Shown here: piece by piece, positions 12,322-26,379 of the stretch
How positions within the stretch are numbered: the first letter of the stretch is position 1
Layout of the letters: each line of letters starts with the position of its first letter
Source of the DNA: Paraspadella gotoi
Lineage: Eukaryota; Animalia; Chaetognatha
Length of the DNA stretch: 64,000 nucleotides
Direction of reading: 5' to 3'
Assembly: GCA_051294375.1 (NCBI GenBank)
Contig: CM119270.1
Location: forward strand, 19,347,572 to 19,411,571
Notes under the pieces: generated by a model
The model's input: only the letters and a program-made list of their open reading frames with translations
Told to the model about the DNA's origin: nothing
The model's database searches: none
Translations under genes and position numbers: made by a program

Positions 12322-12658
12322 GAAAATATTTCAAATAATGTTTCAATTGTATGAAATTTTGTATTTTGTAAATTTTGTATTTATGTTATATTTAAAATAT
12401 TTAAAAAAATGTTTCATTTGTATAATCATTAATCAATGTAGATCCAATTATTTATCAATTCATCATACCTCGGTATATTTCTATAGCAAGTATTCCCCAA
12501 ATATTCGCTCTCAGATAATCCCACTCAAGTTGACTTACCCTGGGCCGAGGGATAACTTACCTCGGATCTCATTTCATCTCATTGAGATTCGATTCCAGTA
12601 TATTTGGATTCGAGAGTCGGGAAAAGTGAGGGCAGCAAATGCATCGGAAGAAGAAGAG

Positions 12659-12706
<48 letters not shown>

Positions 12707-12912
12707 AGAAGAGAGAGAGAGATATGCAGGAAAACGTTTAATTGTTAATGAGATCGAAGCCTTTCATGCCAAAAGCAATTATCGTCGTTGTCGTCGTCGC
12801 CGTCAGTTTTCGTCGAGGTTGCCATCATTGGGCGCATTCGCCACGCATTCACACGCATATTCGCACGCTTTCGGACCGGAAAACAGAAATTGGTGCGTGC
12901 GCGGTTGACGTC

Positions 12913-12975
<63 letters not shown>

Positions 12976-12980
12976 AGAGG

Positions 12981-13019
<39 letters not shown>

Positions 13020-13194
13020 GGGAGCGTGAAAGGCGTGTTCATTCGGGCGAATCGATTTGACGTCTATAGTTTGAGAGGTGGGAGTGGCAACTGGAAAGCT
13101 TCCAAATTGTGATGGTAAAAGTTTCGGAGTGGCAAAATACGCTATTGGTTTGTGGTGACTTTTTTAATTTAAATTGACGTTCTCCATTCATAGC

Positions 13195-13392
13195 GATGCT
13201 CAAAGTTCACTGTGACACTTTTACTTCAGGGCTCACACATCGTAGTCACGCTTCCATTTCAAAACTCGGTTCACACTTCGAAGTGACACTTTCATTTTAA
13301 AACGAGACTCGGAAATTCACTTCAAAACGAGGCTAACAGTTCGTAGTGACGCATCCATTTCAAAACGAGGCTCGGAGATGCACTTCCGGCTC
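13195..13392. repeat. Degenerate tandem repeat (CACTTCG.AGTGAC.C.TCCATTTCAAAACGAGGCTC-like units)
   Basis: About five diverged units are visible. Confidence 0.6.
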
Positions 13393-13785
13393 AGAATTGC
13401 TCTTTCGTTTTCCACGATAAGTTTGACTCAAATGATTTTACGCTACATTTCTTTTTTTCGCGTTGAAAACTCGGTAAACACGGTAGAGGGGAGAGGGAAG
13501 AGGCNNNNNNNNNNTCGCTTGTTTAGCCTTTTTTATTGCAAAAGTAAAAAAAAAAACTTTTTTCTTATTCTTTTCTCCTCCAAATTCTCTACAAATGTCA
13601 CGGCGTCACGCGGCACGTGAATTCTCACAAAGACGTCGTTTCAAATCTCACATTTTGCTACTCACACGTCACGTCTCAAATATCACATCCCAAACCTGAT
13701 TCGCATCTCACATTTCGCATCCTATCATCTGATCATGTGATCCATATTCCATAGAGTTCTGGAAATGTTTGAGGCGACTTCACAC

Positions 13786-13826
<41 letters not shown>

Positions 13827-13859
13827 AAGACTAAACCCTTCCTCTCTCCTCTTTCTCCG

Positions 13860-14214
13860 AGCCGGTCTATTCCACACGGTCACTTTGTCCTAGCTTTGGC
13901 AATGACCTTTGATTGACCGGACACAGTCATAGGGCCGAGGCGACCGTAAGGTCAAGTTGGTCCGGGCGATGATAAAAGTGGATCAGGAGAGAGCTCGTCT
14001 CACTTCTTTTCTACTTCATCACGTCGGGCTCACCAATGAAGAGACAGTAATAATTTTTATGAGTTAAATATAAGCAGTCCCTGAGCTTCGTGTTACACCG
14101 TGTTACAAGCGGGTTAAGCGCCCCGTCCCTCTTAACTGCTAGGCTACCACCGTGCTAGAACCCGGGACCTTTGGGTGGGGAGGCGAATGACTTGCCTCCT
14201 GCACCAATGGCCGC
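13860..14214 (-). mobile_element. tRNA-derived SINE
   Basis: Minus-strand head GCGGCCATTGGTGCAGGAGG...GGTCCCGGGTTCTAGC has Pol III A-box and B-box spacing and a degenerate cloverleaf, followed by a high-complexity body. The 3' end is approximate. Confidence 0.6.
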
Positions 14215-14907
14215 CGATGAAGGTTTGGTGGATTTTAGCCCACCATACCTTCAATTATGTATTCTACTTGTGATAAAATATCTTTTGGGCGAATCTATAA
14301 ATAGATCCGATCTCAAATGAACCAACTTTAGCCTTTTCTCATTTTCTCTCCGTCGCCCACCAGTTTTCCCTTTTTTTTTCTTTTCCCTTTTTTTCTTTTC
14401 TTTTTTTTTCTCTTTTTCCCTTTTCCCTTTTTTTCACGCCATTTCTTCGCCCACTCATTTTCCCGCCGTCGGATAAATTTTTTTCTAACTCGATTATTTT
14501 CTTAGCCCCGCATTTTTTTCCTTTTGATTATATTGCATTCTTTTCTGTTTTCTATTCTATTCTATTCTATTCTATTCTATTCTATTCTATTCTAGATAAT
14601 TTTTTCTATTCTATTCTATTCTATTATATTCTATTTTATTCTAGTTATTCTTTTATATTCTTTTCTATTCTATTCTATTCTATTCTATTCTATTCTATTT
14701 TCTTTCATTCGTACACTTACTCTAGTCTTCTTTGTTTCATTCTGTTTTATACTTCGTTTATTATATATAAGATGCCAATCTTTTTTCTCTTTCTTTTCTT
14801 TTCTTATTTCTTTCCTATTTTCTTTTTTTTTTTCTTTCTCTCTCTCGTCGTTTCTCATCACTTCTTCACTCATACAGTCGTTCACTCTCAGTCTCTTGTC
14901 AAAACCG

Positions 14908-15004
<97 letters not shown>

Positions 15005-16443
15005 CAAACCGGAAATTTCTCGTTGATCGTGCGCACGTCTTCATTACGTGAATCGTCGTCTTGTCGTCTTTATCGTCGTCGTCTTTTTCGTCTTTCTCAT
15101 CATCGTTATCGTCTTCGTCTCTATCGTCGTTGTCGTCGTCGTCCGTCCGTCTCTATCGTCGTCGTCGTCGTCTTCGTCTCCAAGAATTATTGATGAACTT
15201 AGCGAGACTTTTTTTCGGATGTTTTCCCGCCAAAACTCGACAAGATGACATCTGCATTCCTGAGAATGGAGCGATGTGGTTTTCTGTGGTTTTTTGGGGT
15301 GTAGTAATGCTTTGTGATATGTCGAAGATGATACGTCATGTGGCGATGTTAGCATCATTCCAAAAAATCACTACATTGTATAAATCGTTTCTAACGTTTT
15401 TAATTAATAAAAAATTGAGAAAACACTTGTTTTACTATTTTTGACTAAATTTTAATCTCGATTTTATATGATTAGATAATTAAATTATTTAAGCTAGTAA
15501 ATTAAGGTAATGAGATTTACAAACCTCGATGTTCTTTTGTCCGTTCGTCCGTCTATCGACGCCGACGACATCTCTCGTCTGCGTCCGGCCTCATCTGCGT
15601 GAAATGACGCCACGCATCGGATTTTGACTTTTCACCTTTTGATCTTTCGATTTTTGACTCATTCTCCTTTGACCTTTGGATCAGATGAGACGCGGGTTTT
15701 TACTTTCTTTCCTTCCTTCCTTCCTTCCTTCCTTCCTTCCTTCCTTCCTTCCTTCCTTCCTTCCTTCCTTCCTTCCTTCCTTCCTTCCTTCCTTCCTTCC
15801 TTCCTTCCTTCCTTCCTTATCTCCTTCCTTCCTTCAAACTCAAAATAACCAAAAACATTTCCTCGTTTTTCTAGTCGGAAAAAAAAAGGAAAGAAATTCT
15901 AAGCCAAAAAAAAATGTCAGGATATTAAAAATCAATGAAGAGACGGAGGAGGCGAGAAAAAATATTAATATTAAATACTCAAAACCACGGAGAAAAAAAA
16001 ATAAATGAATTAAAATACTTTTAAAATCTAACTATAAATAAAATTAATACTGATACATATAATCTTGTTTGCTTACATTTGTGTTAACGACGACCGAAAT
16101 TTCTTTGACGGGACTTTTTACCGATAATCTCTATCCTCATTGGTCCTTATAACAAAACTATATTCTTTAATTGGCTCAACAATATTCCCCCAAAAAAACT
16201 GCCAGAATCTTAAAAAAACAAAAAAACTGCCAGAATCTTAAAAAAAAAACAAAAAAACAATATTGTTTTAAATCGTGATGTTTATTGAACCTTCTTTCGA
16301 CGGAACGGCGGACGAGAAACCCTCTTGCTGTCGGCTTCAAACCCTCCGTCTTGTCGACTTCAAACCTACAGTGGCGGCCAAGAACCGTTAGTCTTCGAGA
16401 TCGAGGAAATTCCATCATTTCCGACAGAGAGATAGAGAGAGAG

Positions 16444-16517
<74 letters not shown>

Positions 16518-16781
16518 CCCTCATGTTCCAACTTTCCTTTCCTTTCCTCCTTTTGGCTTCTTTCCTCTTATATCTCCACTTTCCTTTCAATCGTTTCTTT
16601 CTTTCCTTCATTCATTTCGTCTCTTTCTTTCCCTTACCTTAGCTACTTTCATTCCTCTTACTTTCCTTCTTTTTCCTCTCATCCTCACAAATATGTCCTT
16701 CTTTCTCCTTTCCCTTTCCTTTCCTCTTCTCTTTCCTTCCTTTCATTAACCTCCCATTTCCTCCCTTTTTTTTCCTTCCAG

Positions 16782-17622
16782 ATGGAACCGCCGTCCACGC
16801 GCGGGTCACGTGACTGGATTCAAGATGGCGCCGTTCGGAAGTGGTTCACGTCCGTAGACGCCGCGGGTGGCGTTGACGTCGGTGACGCCGGCGTCGCGGG
16901 GTGGCGCTGGCGGCGCCGGTCGTTGATGGAACCGGCTCGGTGCCGGCAAGATGACGACGACGACGACAACGTCGACAGGTGGCGAGACGCGGAAAACGAG
17001 ACTCGCGAACAAAAGACAAACAGATTAAATCGCGGAGGCGACTCGGCGTCAGAATCGAGCGAGGCGGCGCCGATGCGGCGTCGCGGCGCCATTTCTAAAG
17101 CCGCCTCGACGTCGAAGGACGAAAACGGCGCCGCTGAAGTCTGTGTAGTCGGCGTCGACTCCAAACTCGGCGTCGAAAAAGACGTCACGACGTCGCCGGT
17201 CTTCGTCTCAGTGTCTTCGCGTTCTCATTCCTCGCCGCCGCCGCCGCCGACGCGGCCGCCAACGCCGCCGCCTACAAACGCTTCCGATGCCATTGGCGAC
17301 GACGACGACGACGACGAGGACAACGACAATGACGACGACGACGACGACGACGAAGAAAATCATAGGACTAAGAAAATTCGTCCTTGGACTATTGGACTTT
17401 CGTCTTTGTCCCTTCTGAGCCCTTCCCTTCCGCCACGCTCCATCTTAACCCCCTCATTTTCCTCCTACCCCTCCTCTTCCTCCTCCCCCTCCTCCTCCTC
17501 CTCCTCCTCATCTTCCTTCTCCTCATCGCCTCACCCCCTTCGCTCGAGGACCTCAAACGAAACTCGTCTCTTCAAATTAATTCTTGGATTTTTGTCTTTC
17601 GGTTTCGTCGTTGGAAAAGAGG
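16782..17622 (+). CDS. Putative large coding exon of an uncharacterised protein (low-complexity, ends in a hydrophobic segment)
   Basis: Long pyrimidine tract then TTCCAG|ATG. Open for 280 codons, GC/CpG-rich like the other exons. Ends RLFKLILGFLSFGFVVGKE at donor G|GTGAGT (phase 1). No family recognised. Confidence 0.45.
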
Positions 17623-18478
17623 GTGAGTTCATCTCGGGACAATTTGCTTGTTCCATTTTTTCTTTCGCGATATTGATAAATGATTCCGTTAATATCACGT
17701 ATCTTATATATAACATTTATTTTATGTTACTTTCCGTCGGATCGATTCTCGGAAATTTACTATTATTCCCTGAACGAGAAATACTGATTTTTTTAATTCA
17801 CAGCAGAATCTAAACATTCGAACTGTTTGAAAATAGAACGTAGAAGAATAATGTTAAAAGATAATTAAAATTTTTCTATCCTTCATAAATGACAAAGAGA
17901 GGAAGATTAAAACAAAAAATACAAAGAAAAAAACTGAAAAAATACAAAGAAAAAGGAAGAGAAAGAAGAAAAAAGAAATAACTAAGGAAAGAAGAGAAAT
18001 AAAAAAATAAAACAGAAAAAAATCATTTATTTTCTCACAGTCTCAATCAATTTGGTTGATGAAACAAATTAACAAATCGGAAAAGAAGAAGGGAAGGGAA
18101 AATAAAAGAGAAAGGAAAAGGGAAAAGAAAAGGGAAAGGGAAAGGGAAAGGGAAAGGGAAAGGGAAGGGAAGGGAAAGGAAAAAGGAAGGGAAAGGGAAA
18201 GGAAAGGCAAAGGGAAAAGGAAGGGAAAGGAAAAAAAGGGAAGGGAAAAAGGAAGGGAAAGGGGAAAAGGGAAAGGAAAAGGGAAGGGAAAGGAAGGGAA
18301 AGGGAAAGTGAAAGGGAAATGGAAAGAGAAAGGCTGGTGGAATCGTCGGTTCCATCGCGTCAGCGTCCGCAGCTTATAAAACTCGAGCCGCCGCAGCAGC
18401 TACAGCTCCTATTTGAAATTTTCCGTCGAATCGTCGCTACTGGTTGGCAATGAGGAAGGATCCAATTGTGATTGTGGT

Positions 18479-18516
<38 letters not shown>

Positions 18517-19472
18517 CTCTCTCTCTCAATCTCTCTCTCTCTCTCTATTTTAGCACAAGGCTCAAAACGATTTCTTTTTCATTTTCCTTTTTCTTATTTC
18601 TTTCTTTTCCCTTTTTTCATTTTTTTCCCAATTTTTTTTTGTTCAGGTGTTCCGCGGTTCTGGATGCTCTTTTGTCTTTTTCATTCTCGTGGTTTCCGTC
18701 AGGCGGCGAATCGCCTCCCATTTTGCGAGGATTAAGGTCCGGGGGAGAAAAGGGGGAAAAAAGGAAGGAGGAAAGAAAGGAAACTAACCAAGAAGAAAAG
18801 TAAGGAAGATTGAAAGGTGGAAGCGAATGGAAGCAAAAAGGAAAAAAGAAAAAGAAAGAGGAAAGAAAAATGGAGGATAAAGGAAGGAAAAAGAAAAGGA
18901 AATAGGAAAGAAAAGGGGAGGATAGAGGGAAGGAAAAAGGAGGATAGATAACAAAATGGAAGAGAAAAAGGAGAAAAGAAACCATTATGATCCTCAGGAG
19001 AAAAGAAGCGAAATAACGAAAAAGAGAAAAGAAATGAATAGAAAATTGTATTTAGACGAAAAAGAGAATGAGTAGCGCTTTTAGTTTTCTGACAATTGGA
19101 TCGAAATATAAAAACAGCTTACAATGTAAACCGAGATGAAAAAGATGCATATAGTCTATAGAACAAAAATATTACATCTAAGATGTGTATCTATTTTTTT
19201 AATTTATTCTATCCAACTTTGAAAAAGAGCAATTACGGAGAGTAACTGAGCCTTGGCTTTGGAAATGTGAGTTATTTCTTGCCGTATTTCCGGTTGGTGA
19301 GGTAGCCTGCCGCGCCACCTCGCTTTATTTGTGGACAGTCTTTCCCAACGACCAAAGGAAAGGGGTTCTGTTGACTGGAGATTTCCCTTTTTTCATCAGC
19401 CAAAGTTTCTCGTAAACAAAACAGAGAAAAACTTTTTAATCGTGCAGAATGTTAGAGTGAGAGAGAGAGAGG

Positions 19473-19537
<65 letters not shown>

Positions 19538-21738
19538 AGAGAGAGAAGAGAGAGAATCTGGAAATGGTTTTTTTGGTCAACAACATCATTGCGCCGCCAT
19601 TTTCGCAAAAGATCGGGGCGAGGCAGCTCCTTTAATGGCGAGACCAATAGTGGTGTCGTGACTGGAGCGGAAGTGAAGGAGTTTGAGGAGTTTGATGGAG
19701 CGGTGACGATGGTGATGCTGTTTTGTGAGATGGTGATTTTGTTGCCGTCAATGTCGAACAATTTTTAATGGGCGGATGGAGCATAGTTTGTTTTAAAGAA
19801 TGGATCCATGGTCCAATATATGGACAGACGGATAGATGGAACTATATCCATCTCTATATATACATTTATAAATAAATAGAAGATGAACGATTTAATGAAC
19901 GGATGGATGGATGAATGAATACAAAATGGAAATAAGAGAGAAACCACGGGACCATGTCGTGCCAGGTTCATGGTCAAATTCTCCTCGGGTCTCAACCGCC
20001 TCGTCGACGCGGACACTTCTTCTTCCTGAGACCTCAACCCACTTTCGCCGGAGAGGATCGTCCGGGGGTCAGCCTAAGGGGGGGGGAGTCGGTTGATCAA
20101 GGAGAGTCAAGGAGGGTCATGGTCAAATTCTCCTCGGGTCTCAACCGCCTCGTCGACGCGGACACTTCTTCTTCCTGAGACTTCAACCCACTTTTCGCCG
20201 GAGGGGATCGTCCGGGGTCAGCCTAAGGTGGGGGGTCATGGACGGTTGGCCTTGAAGTGGAGGAGATCTCTTCTCTTTNNNNNNNNNNNNNNNNNNNNNN
20301 NNNAGAGAGAGAATCTGGAAATGGTTTTTTGGTCAACAACATCATTGCGCCGCCATTTTCGCAAAAGATCGGGGCGGAGGCAGCTCCTTTAATGGCGAGA
20401 CCAATAGTGGTGTCGTGACTGGAGCGGAAGTGAAGGAGTTTGAAGGAGTTTGATGGAGCGGGTGACGATGGTGATGCTGTTTTGTGAGATGGTGATTTTG
20501 TTGCCGTCAATGTCGAACAATTTTTAATGGGCGGATGGAGCATAGTTTGTTTAAAAGAATGGATCCATGGTCCAATATATGGACAGACGGATAGATGGAA
20601 CTATATCCATCTCTATATATACATTTATAAATAAATAGAAGGATGAACGATTTAATGAACGGATGGATGGATGAATGAATACAAAATGGAAATAAGAGAG
20701 AAACCACGTGACCATGTCGTGCCAGGTTCATGGTCAAATTCTCCTCGGGTCTCAACCGCCTCGTCGACGCGGACACTTCTTCTTCCTGAGACCTCAACCC
20801 ACTTTCGCCGGAGAGGATCGTCCGGGGGTCAGCCTAAGGGGGGGGGGATCGGTTGAGTCAAGGAGAGTCAAGGAGGGTCATGGTCAAATTCTCCTCGGGT
20901 CTCAACCGCCTCGTCGACGCGGACACTTCTTCTTCCTGAGACTTCAACCCACTTTTCGCCGGAGGGGATCGTCCGGGGTCAGCCTAAGGGGGGGGGGGTC
21001 CGTTGAGTCAAGAGAGGTCAAGGAGGGTTCAGGAGGCCCTCCCTGAGGAAGGGTCAGGACATAACGTGTCACGGACGGTCATAACTCGGGGCATAAATGG
21101 ACCGATTCAATAACCGCATTCAAGGACGAGCTAATTGAAGGAGGAAGCAATAGTATTGCATACGTATGGTTGTATGATGTATAATTACAATTACATATAT
21201 ACTTTCACATGAAACTCCATACAAATTCAAGAAATGTAATACAAAAAGAAAACGCTGCTCGTAGTTTTTTCGTATCTTTCTTCCAAAAGCATTGTATGCA
21301 CAGTAGTTTTTTTTATTCATAGTTTATATATAGTATTATTTCATAGTTTATTCTTTTCCTCCAAAATCAATTGTTATATTGCATCATATCATATAATAAA
21401 AAGATACACANNNNNNNNNNNNNNNNNNNNNNNNNGAAGGTAAGGAGAAGATAAGGAGAGAGAGAGAGAGATTTTTCCCTCATGTTTCCAACTTTCCTTT
21501 CCTTTCCTCCTTTTGCTTCTTTCCTCTTATATCTCCACTTTCCTTTCAATCGTTTCTTTCTTTCCTTCATTCATTCGTCTCTTTCTTTCCCTTACCTTAG
21601 CTACTTCATTCCTCTTACTTTCCTTCTTTTTCCTCTCATCCTCACAAATATGTCCTTCTTTCTCCTTTCCCTTTCCTTTCCTCTTCTCTTTCCTTCCTTT
21701 CATTAACCTCCCATTTCCTCCCTTTTTTTTCCTTCCAG

Positions 21739-22577
21739 ATGGAACCGCCGTCCACGCGCGGGTCACGTGACTGGATTCAAGATGGCGCCGTTCGGAAGTG
21801 GTTCACGTCCGTGAGAGCGCCGCGGGTGCGGTTGACGTCGGTGACGCCGGCGTCCGCGGGTGGCGCTGGCGGCGCCGGTCGTTGAGAACCGGCTCGGTGC
21901 CGCAAGATGACGACGACGACGACAACGTCGACAGGTGGCGAGACGCGGAAAACAGAACTCGCGAACAAAAGACAAACAGATTAAATCGCGGAGGCGACTC
22001 GGCGTCAGAATCGAGCAGGCGGCGCCGATGCGGCGTCGCGGCGCCATTTCTAAAGCCGCCTCGACGTCGAAGGACGAAAACGGCGCCGCTTGAAGTCTGT
22101 GTAGTCGGCGTCGACTCCAAACTCGGCGTCGAAAAAGACGTCACGACGTCGCCGGTCTTCGTCTCAGTGTCTTCGCGTTCTCATTCCTCGCCGCCGCCGC
22201 CGCCGACGCGGCCGCCAACGCCGCCGCCTACAAACGCTTCCGATGCCATTGGCGACGACGACGACGACGACGAGGACAACGACAATGACGACGACGACAC
22301 GACACGACGAAGAAAATCATAGACTAAGAAAATTTCGTCCTTGGACTATTGGACTTTCGTCTTTGTCCCTTCTGAGCCCTTCCCTTCCGCACGCTCCATC
22401 TTAACCCCCTCATTTTCCTCCTACCCCTCCTCTTCCTCCTCCCCCTCCTCCTCCTCCTCCTCCATCATCTCCTTCTCCTCATCGCCTCACCCTTCGCTCG
22501 AGGACCTCAAACGAAACTCGTCTCTTCAAATTAATTCTTGGATTTTTGTCTTTCGGTTTCGTCGTTGGAAAAGAGGG
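21739..22577 (+). other. Frameshifted duplicate of the 16782-17622 exon (probable assembly artefact; pseudo-exon not excluded)
   Basis: Same acceptor and donor, but scattered single-base indels break the frame. Confidence 0.6.
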
Positions 22578-23438
22578 TGAGTTCATCTCGGGACAATTTG
22601 CTGTTCCATTTTTTCTTTCGCGATTATTGATAAATGATTCCGTTAATATCACGTATCTATATATAACATTTATTTTATGTTACTTTCCGTCGGATCGATT
22701 CTCGGAAATTTACTATATTCCCTGAACGAGAAATACTGATTTTTTTTAATTCACAGCAAATCTAAACATTCGAACTGTTTGAAAATAGAACGTAGAAGAA
22801 TAATGTTAAAAGATAATTAAAATTTTTCTATCCTTCATAAATGACAAAGAGAGGAAGATTAAAACAAAAAATACAAAGAAAAAAACTGAAAAAAAAATAC
22901 AAAGAAAAAGGAAGAAAGAAGAAAAAGAAATAACTAAGGAAAGAAGAGAATTAAAAAAAATAAAACAGAAAAAAATCATTTATTTTCTCACAGTCTCAAT
23001 CAATTTGGTTGATGAAACAAATTAACAAATCGGAAAAGAAGAAGGGAAGGGAAAATAAAGAGAAAGAAGGAAAAGGGAAAAGAAAGGGAAAGGAAAGGGA
23101 AAGGAAAGGGAAAGGGAAGGGAAAGAGAAAGGAAAGGAAAAAGGAAGGGAAAGGGAAAGGGAAAAGCAAAGGGAAAAGGAAGGGAAAGGAAAAGGGAAGG
23201 GAAAAAGGAAGGGAAAGGAAAGGAAAAGGGAGAAAAGGAAAGGGAAAAGGAAGGAAAGGGAAAGTGAAAAGGAAATGGAAAGAGAAAAGGCTGGTTGGAA
23301 TCGTCGGTTCCATCGCGTCAGCGTCCGCAGCTTATAAAACTCGAGCCGCCGCAGCAGCTACAGCTCCTATTTTGAAATTTCCGTCGAATCGTCGCTACTG
23401 GTTGGCAATGAGGAAGGATCCAATTGTGATTGTGGTTA

Positions 23439-23509
<71 letters not shown>

Positions 23510-24504
23510 AATCTCTCTCTCTCAATCTCTCTCTCTCTCTCTATTTTAGCACAAGGCTCAAAACGATTTCTTTTTCATTTTCCTTTTTTCTTATTTCTTT
23601 CTTTTCCCCTTTTTCATTTTTTTCCCAATTTTTTTTTGTTCAGGTTGTTCGCGGTTCTGGATGCTCTTTTGTCTTTTCATTCTCGTGGTTTCCGTCAGGC
23701 GGCGAATCGCCTCCCATTTTTGCGAGGATTAAGGTGCGGGAGAAAAAGGGGGAAAAAGGAAGGAGGAAGAAAGGAAACTAACCAAGAAGAAAAGTAAGAA
23801 TTGAAAGGTGGAAGCGAATGGAAGCAAAAAAAAAAAAGAAAAAGAAAGAGGAAAGAAAAATGGAGGATAAAGGAAGGAAAAGAAAAGGAAATAGGAAAGA
23901 AAAGGGGAGGATAGAGGAAGGAAAGAAGAAGGAGATAATACAAAATGGAAGAGAAAAAGAGAAAAAGAAACCATTATGATCCTCAGGAGAAAAGAAGCGA
24001 AATAACGAGAAAAAGAGAAAAGAAATGAATAGAAAATTGTATTTAGACGAAAAAGAGAATGAGTAGCGCTTTTAGTTTTCTTGACAATTGGATCGAAATA
24101 TATAAAACAGCTTTAAACGAGATATGAAAAAAATGCATATAGTCTATAGAACAAAAATATATTAATTCTAGAGTGTACTATTTTTTTAATTTATTCTATC
24201 CAACTTTGAAAAAGAGAACAAGATTACGAGATAGAACTGACCTTGGCTTTGGAAATGTGAGTTATTTCTTGCCGTATTTCCGGGTTGGGTAGTAGCCCGC
24301 CCGCCACCTCGCTTTATTTGTGGACAGTCTTTCCAACGACCAAAGGAAAGGGGTTCTGTTGACTGGAGATTTCCCTTTTTTCATCAGCCAAAGTTTCTCG
24401 TAAACAAAACAGAGAAAAACTTTTTAATTGTGCAGAATGTTAGAGTGAGAGAGAGAGAGGAGAGAAGAGAAGAGAGAGAGAGAGAGAGAAGAAGAGAGAG
24501 AGAT

Positions 24505-24535
<31 letters not shown>

Positions 24536-25709
24536 AGGAGAATCTGGAAATGGTTTTTTGGTCAACAACATCATTGCGCCGCCATTTTCGCAAAAGATCG
24601 GGGCGAGGCAGCTCCCTTTAATGGCGAGACCAATATGGTGTCGTGACTGGAGCGGAAGTGAAGAGTTGAAGGAGTTTGAAGGAGTTGATGGAGCGGTGAC
24701 GATGGTGATGCTGTTTTTGTGAGATGGTGATTTTGTTGCCGTCAATGTCGAACAATTTTTAATGGGCGGGATGGAGCATAGTTTGTTTAAAAGAATGGAT
24801 CCATGGTCCAATATATGGACAGACGGATAGATGGAACTATATCCATCTCTATATATACATTTATAAATAAATAGAAGGATTAACGATTTAATGAACGGAT
24901 GGATGGATGAATGAATACAAAATGGAAATGAAAGAAGAGAAACCACGTGACCATGTCGTGCCAGGTTCATGGTCAAATTCTCCTCGGGTCTCAACCGCCT
25001 TTCGACCGCGGACACTTCTTCTTCCTTAGACCTCAACCACTTTCGCCGGAGAGGATCGTCGCGGGGTCAGCCTAAGGGGGGAGTCGGGATTAGTCAAGGA
25101 GAGTCAAGGAGGGTCATGGTCAAATTCTCCTCGGGTCTCAACCGCCTCGTCGACGGCGGACACTTCTTCTTCCTGAGACTTCAACCCACTTTCGCCGGAG
25201 GGGATCGTCCGGGGTCAGCCTTAAGGGGGGGGGTCCGTTGAGTCAAGGAGAGTCAAGGAGGGTCAGGGAGGCCCTCCCTGAGGAAGGGTCAGGACATAAC
25301 GTGTCACGGACGGGTCATAACTCGGGGCATAAATGGACCGATTCAATAACCGCATTCAAGGACGAGCTAATTGAAGGAGGAAGCAATAGTATTGCATACG
25401 TATGGTTGTATGATGTATAATTACAATTACATATATACTTTCAATGAAACTCCATACAAATTCAAGAAATGTAATACAAAAAGAGAAAACGCTGCTCGTA
25501 GTTTTCGTATCTTTCTTCCAAAAGCATTGTATGCACAGTAGTTTTTTTTATTCATAGTTTATATATAGTTATATTCATAGTTTATTCTTTCCTCCAAAAT
25601 CAATTGTTATATTGCATCATATCATATAATAAAAAGATACACAAGAGAAAATATTGTGAAAAAATTCAAATGTGAATGAGAAGCGAGTGAGGGTGAAAGG
25701 GTTAATGGA

Positions 25710-26050
25710 AATGGGTGAGTCGTGTGGCAGTGATTGGGTAAGTTGGCTGCTAAGATCAACAAGGTGAGAGGGGATGAAGTGAGTGGGTTGACTGGGGAAG
25801 AAGTTGAGTGGGTAAGTGGGAAGAAGTGAGTGGGTGAGTGGGGATGAAGTGAGTGGGTGAGTGGGGATGAAGTGATTGGTGAGTTGGGGATGAAGTGAGT
25901 GGGTAAGTGGGGTGAATTGAGTGGGTGAGTGGGATGAAGTGATTAGGTTGAGTTAAGGATGAAAGTGAGTGGGTAAGTGGGGGTGAAGTGAGTGGTAGTT
26001 GGGATAAAGTGAGTGGGTGAGTGGGGATGAAGTGAGTGGATGAGTGGGGA
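25710..26050 (+). repeat. G-rich minisatellite (GTGAGTGGGGATGAAGTGAGTGG-like units)
   Basis: Degenerate ~23-nt tandem units containing 18 GTRAGT hexamers. Confidence 0.8.
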
Positions 26051-26277
26051 TGGAGGAAATGGAGCTGTTGCTGAGAAAGGTGGGGTAGTGAAAGAGTGAG
26101 GTTGAGAAGGAGAAGAGGGAAAAGGGAGTGAAAGAAAGGAAGAGAGAGTCTGTGAGGATCCCGAGAGAACAAGAAAAAATGAAAAGGAAAAAAAGAAAGA
26201 AAAAAAAAGATCAAAAATTTAAGTCAGACTTTGCCGGGTCACGGATTTTCCGAAAGGGGGTAAAGCCATTGGATTGA

Positions 26278-26379
<102 letters not shown>

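Larger units (their letters stand above)
16490..25643. repeat. ~4-5-kb tandem duplication (~16490-21410 and 21436-25643) with a nested duplication (~19550-20250 and 20304-21000)
   Basis: Near-identical colinear copies, each pair separated by exactly 25 N. The second copy carries many 1-nt indels. Confidence 0.9.

Noticed and set aside
14143-14214. Possible tRNA gene
   Set aside because: The acceptor and T stems do not pair properly and it runs into a SINE-like body, so it is treated as a SINE head.
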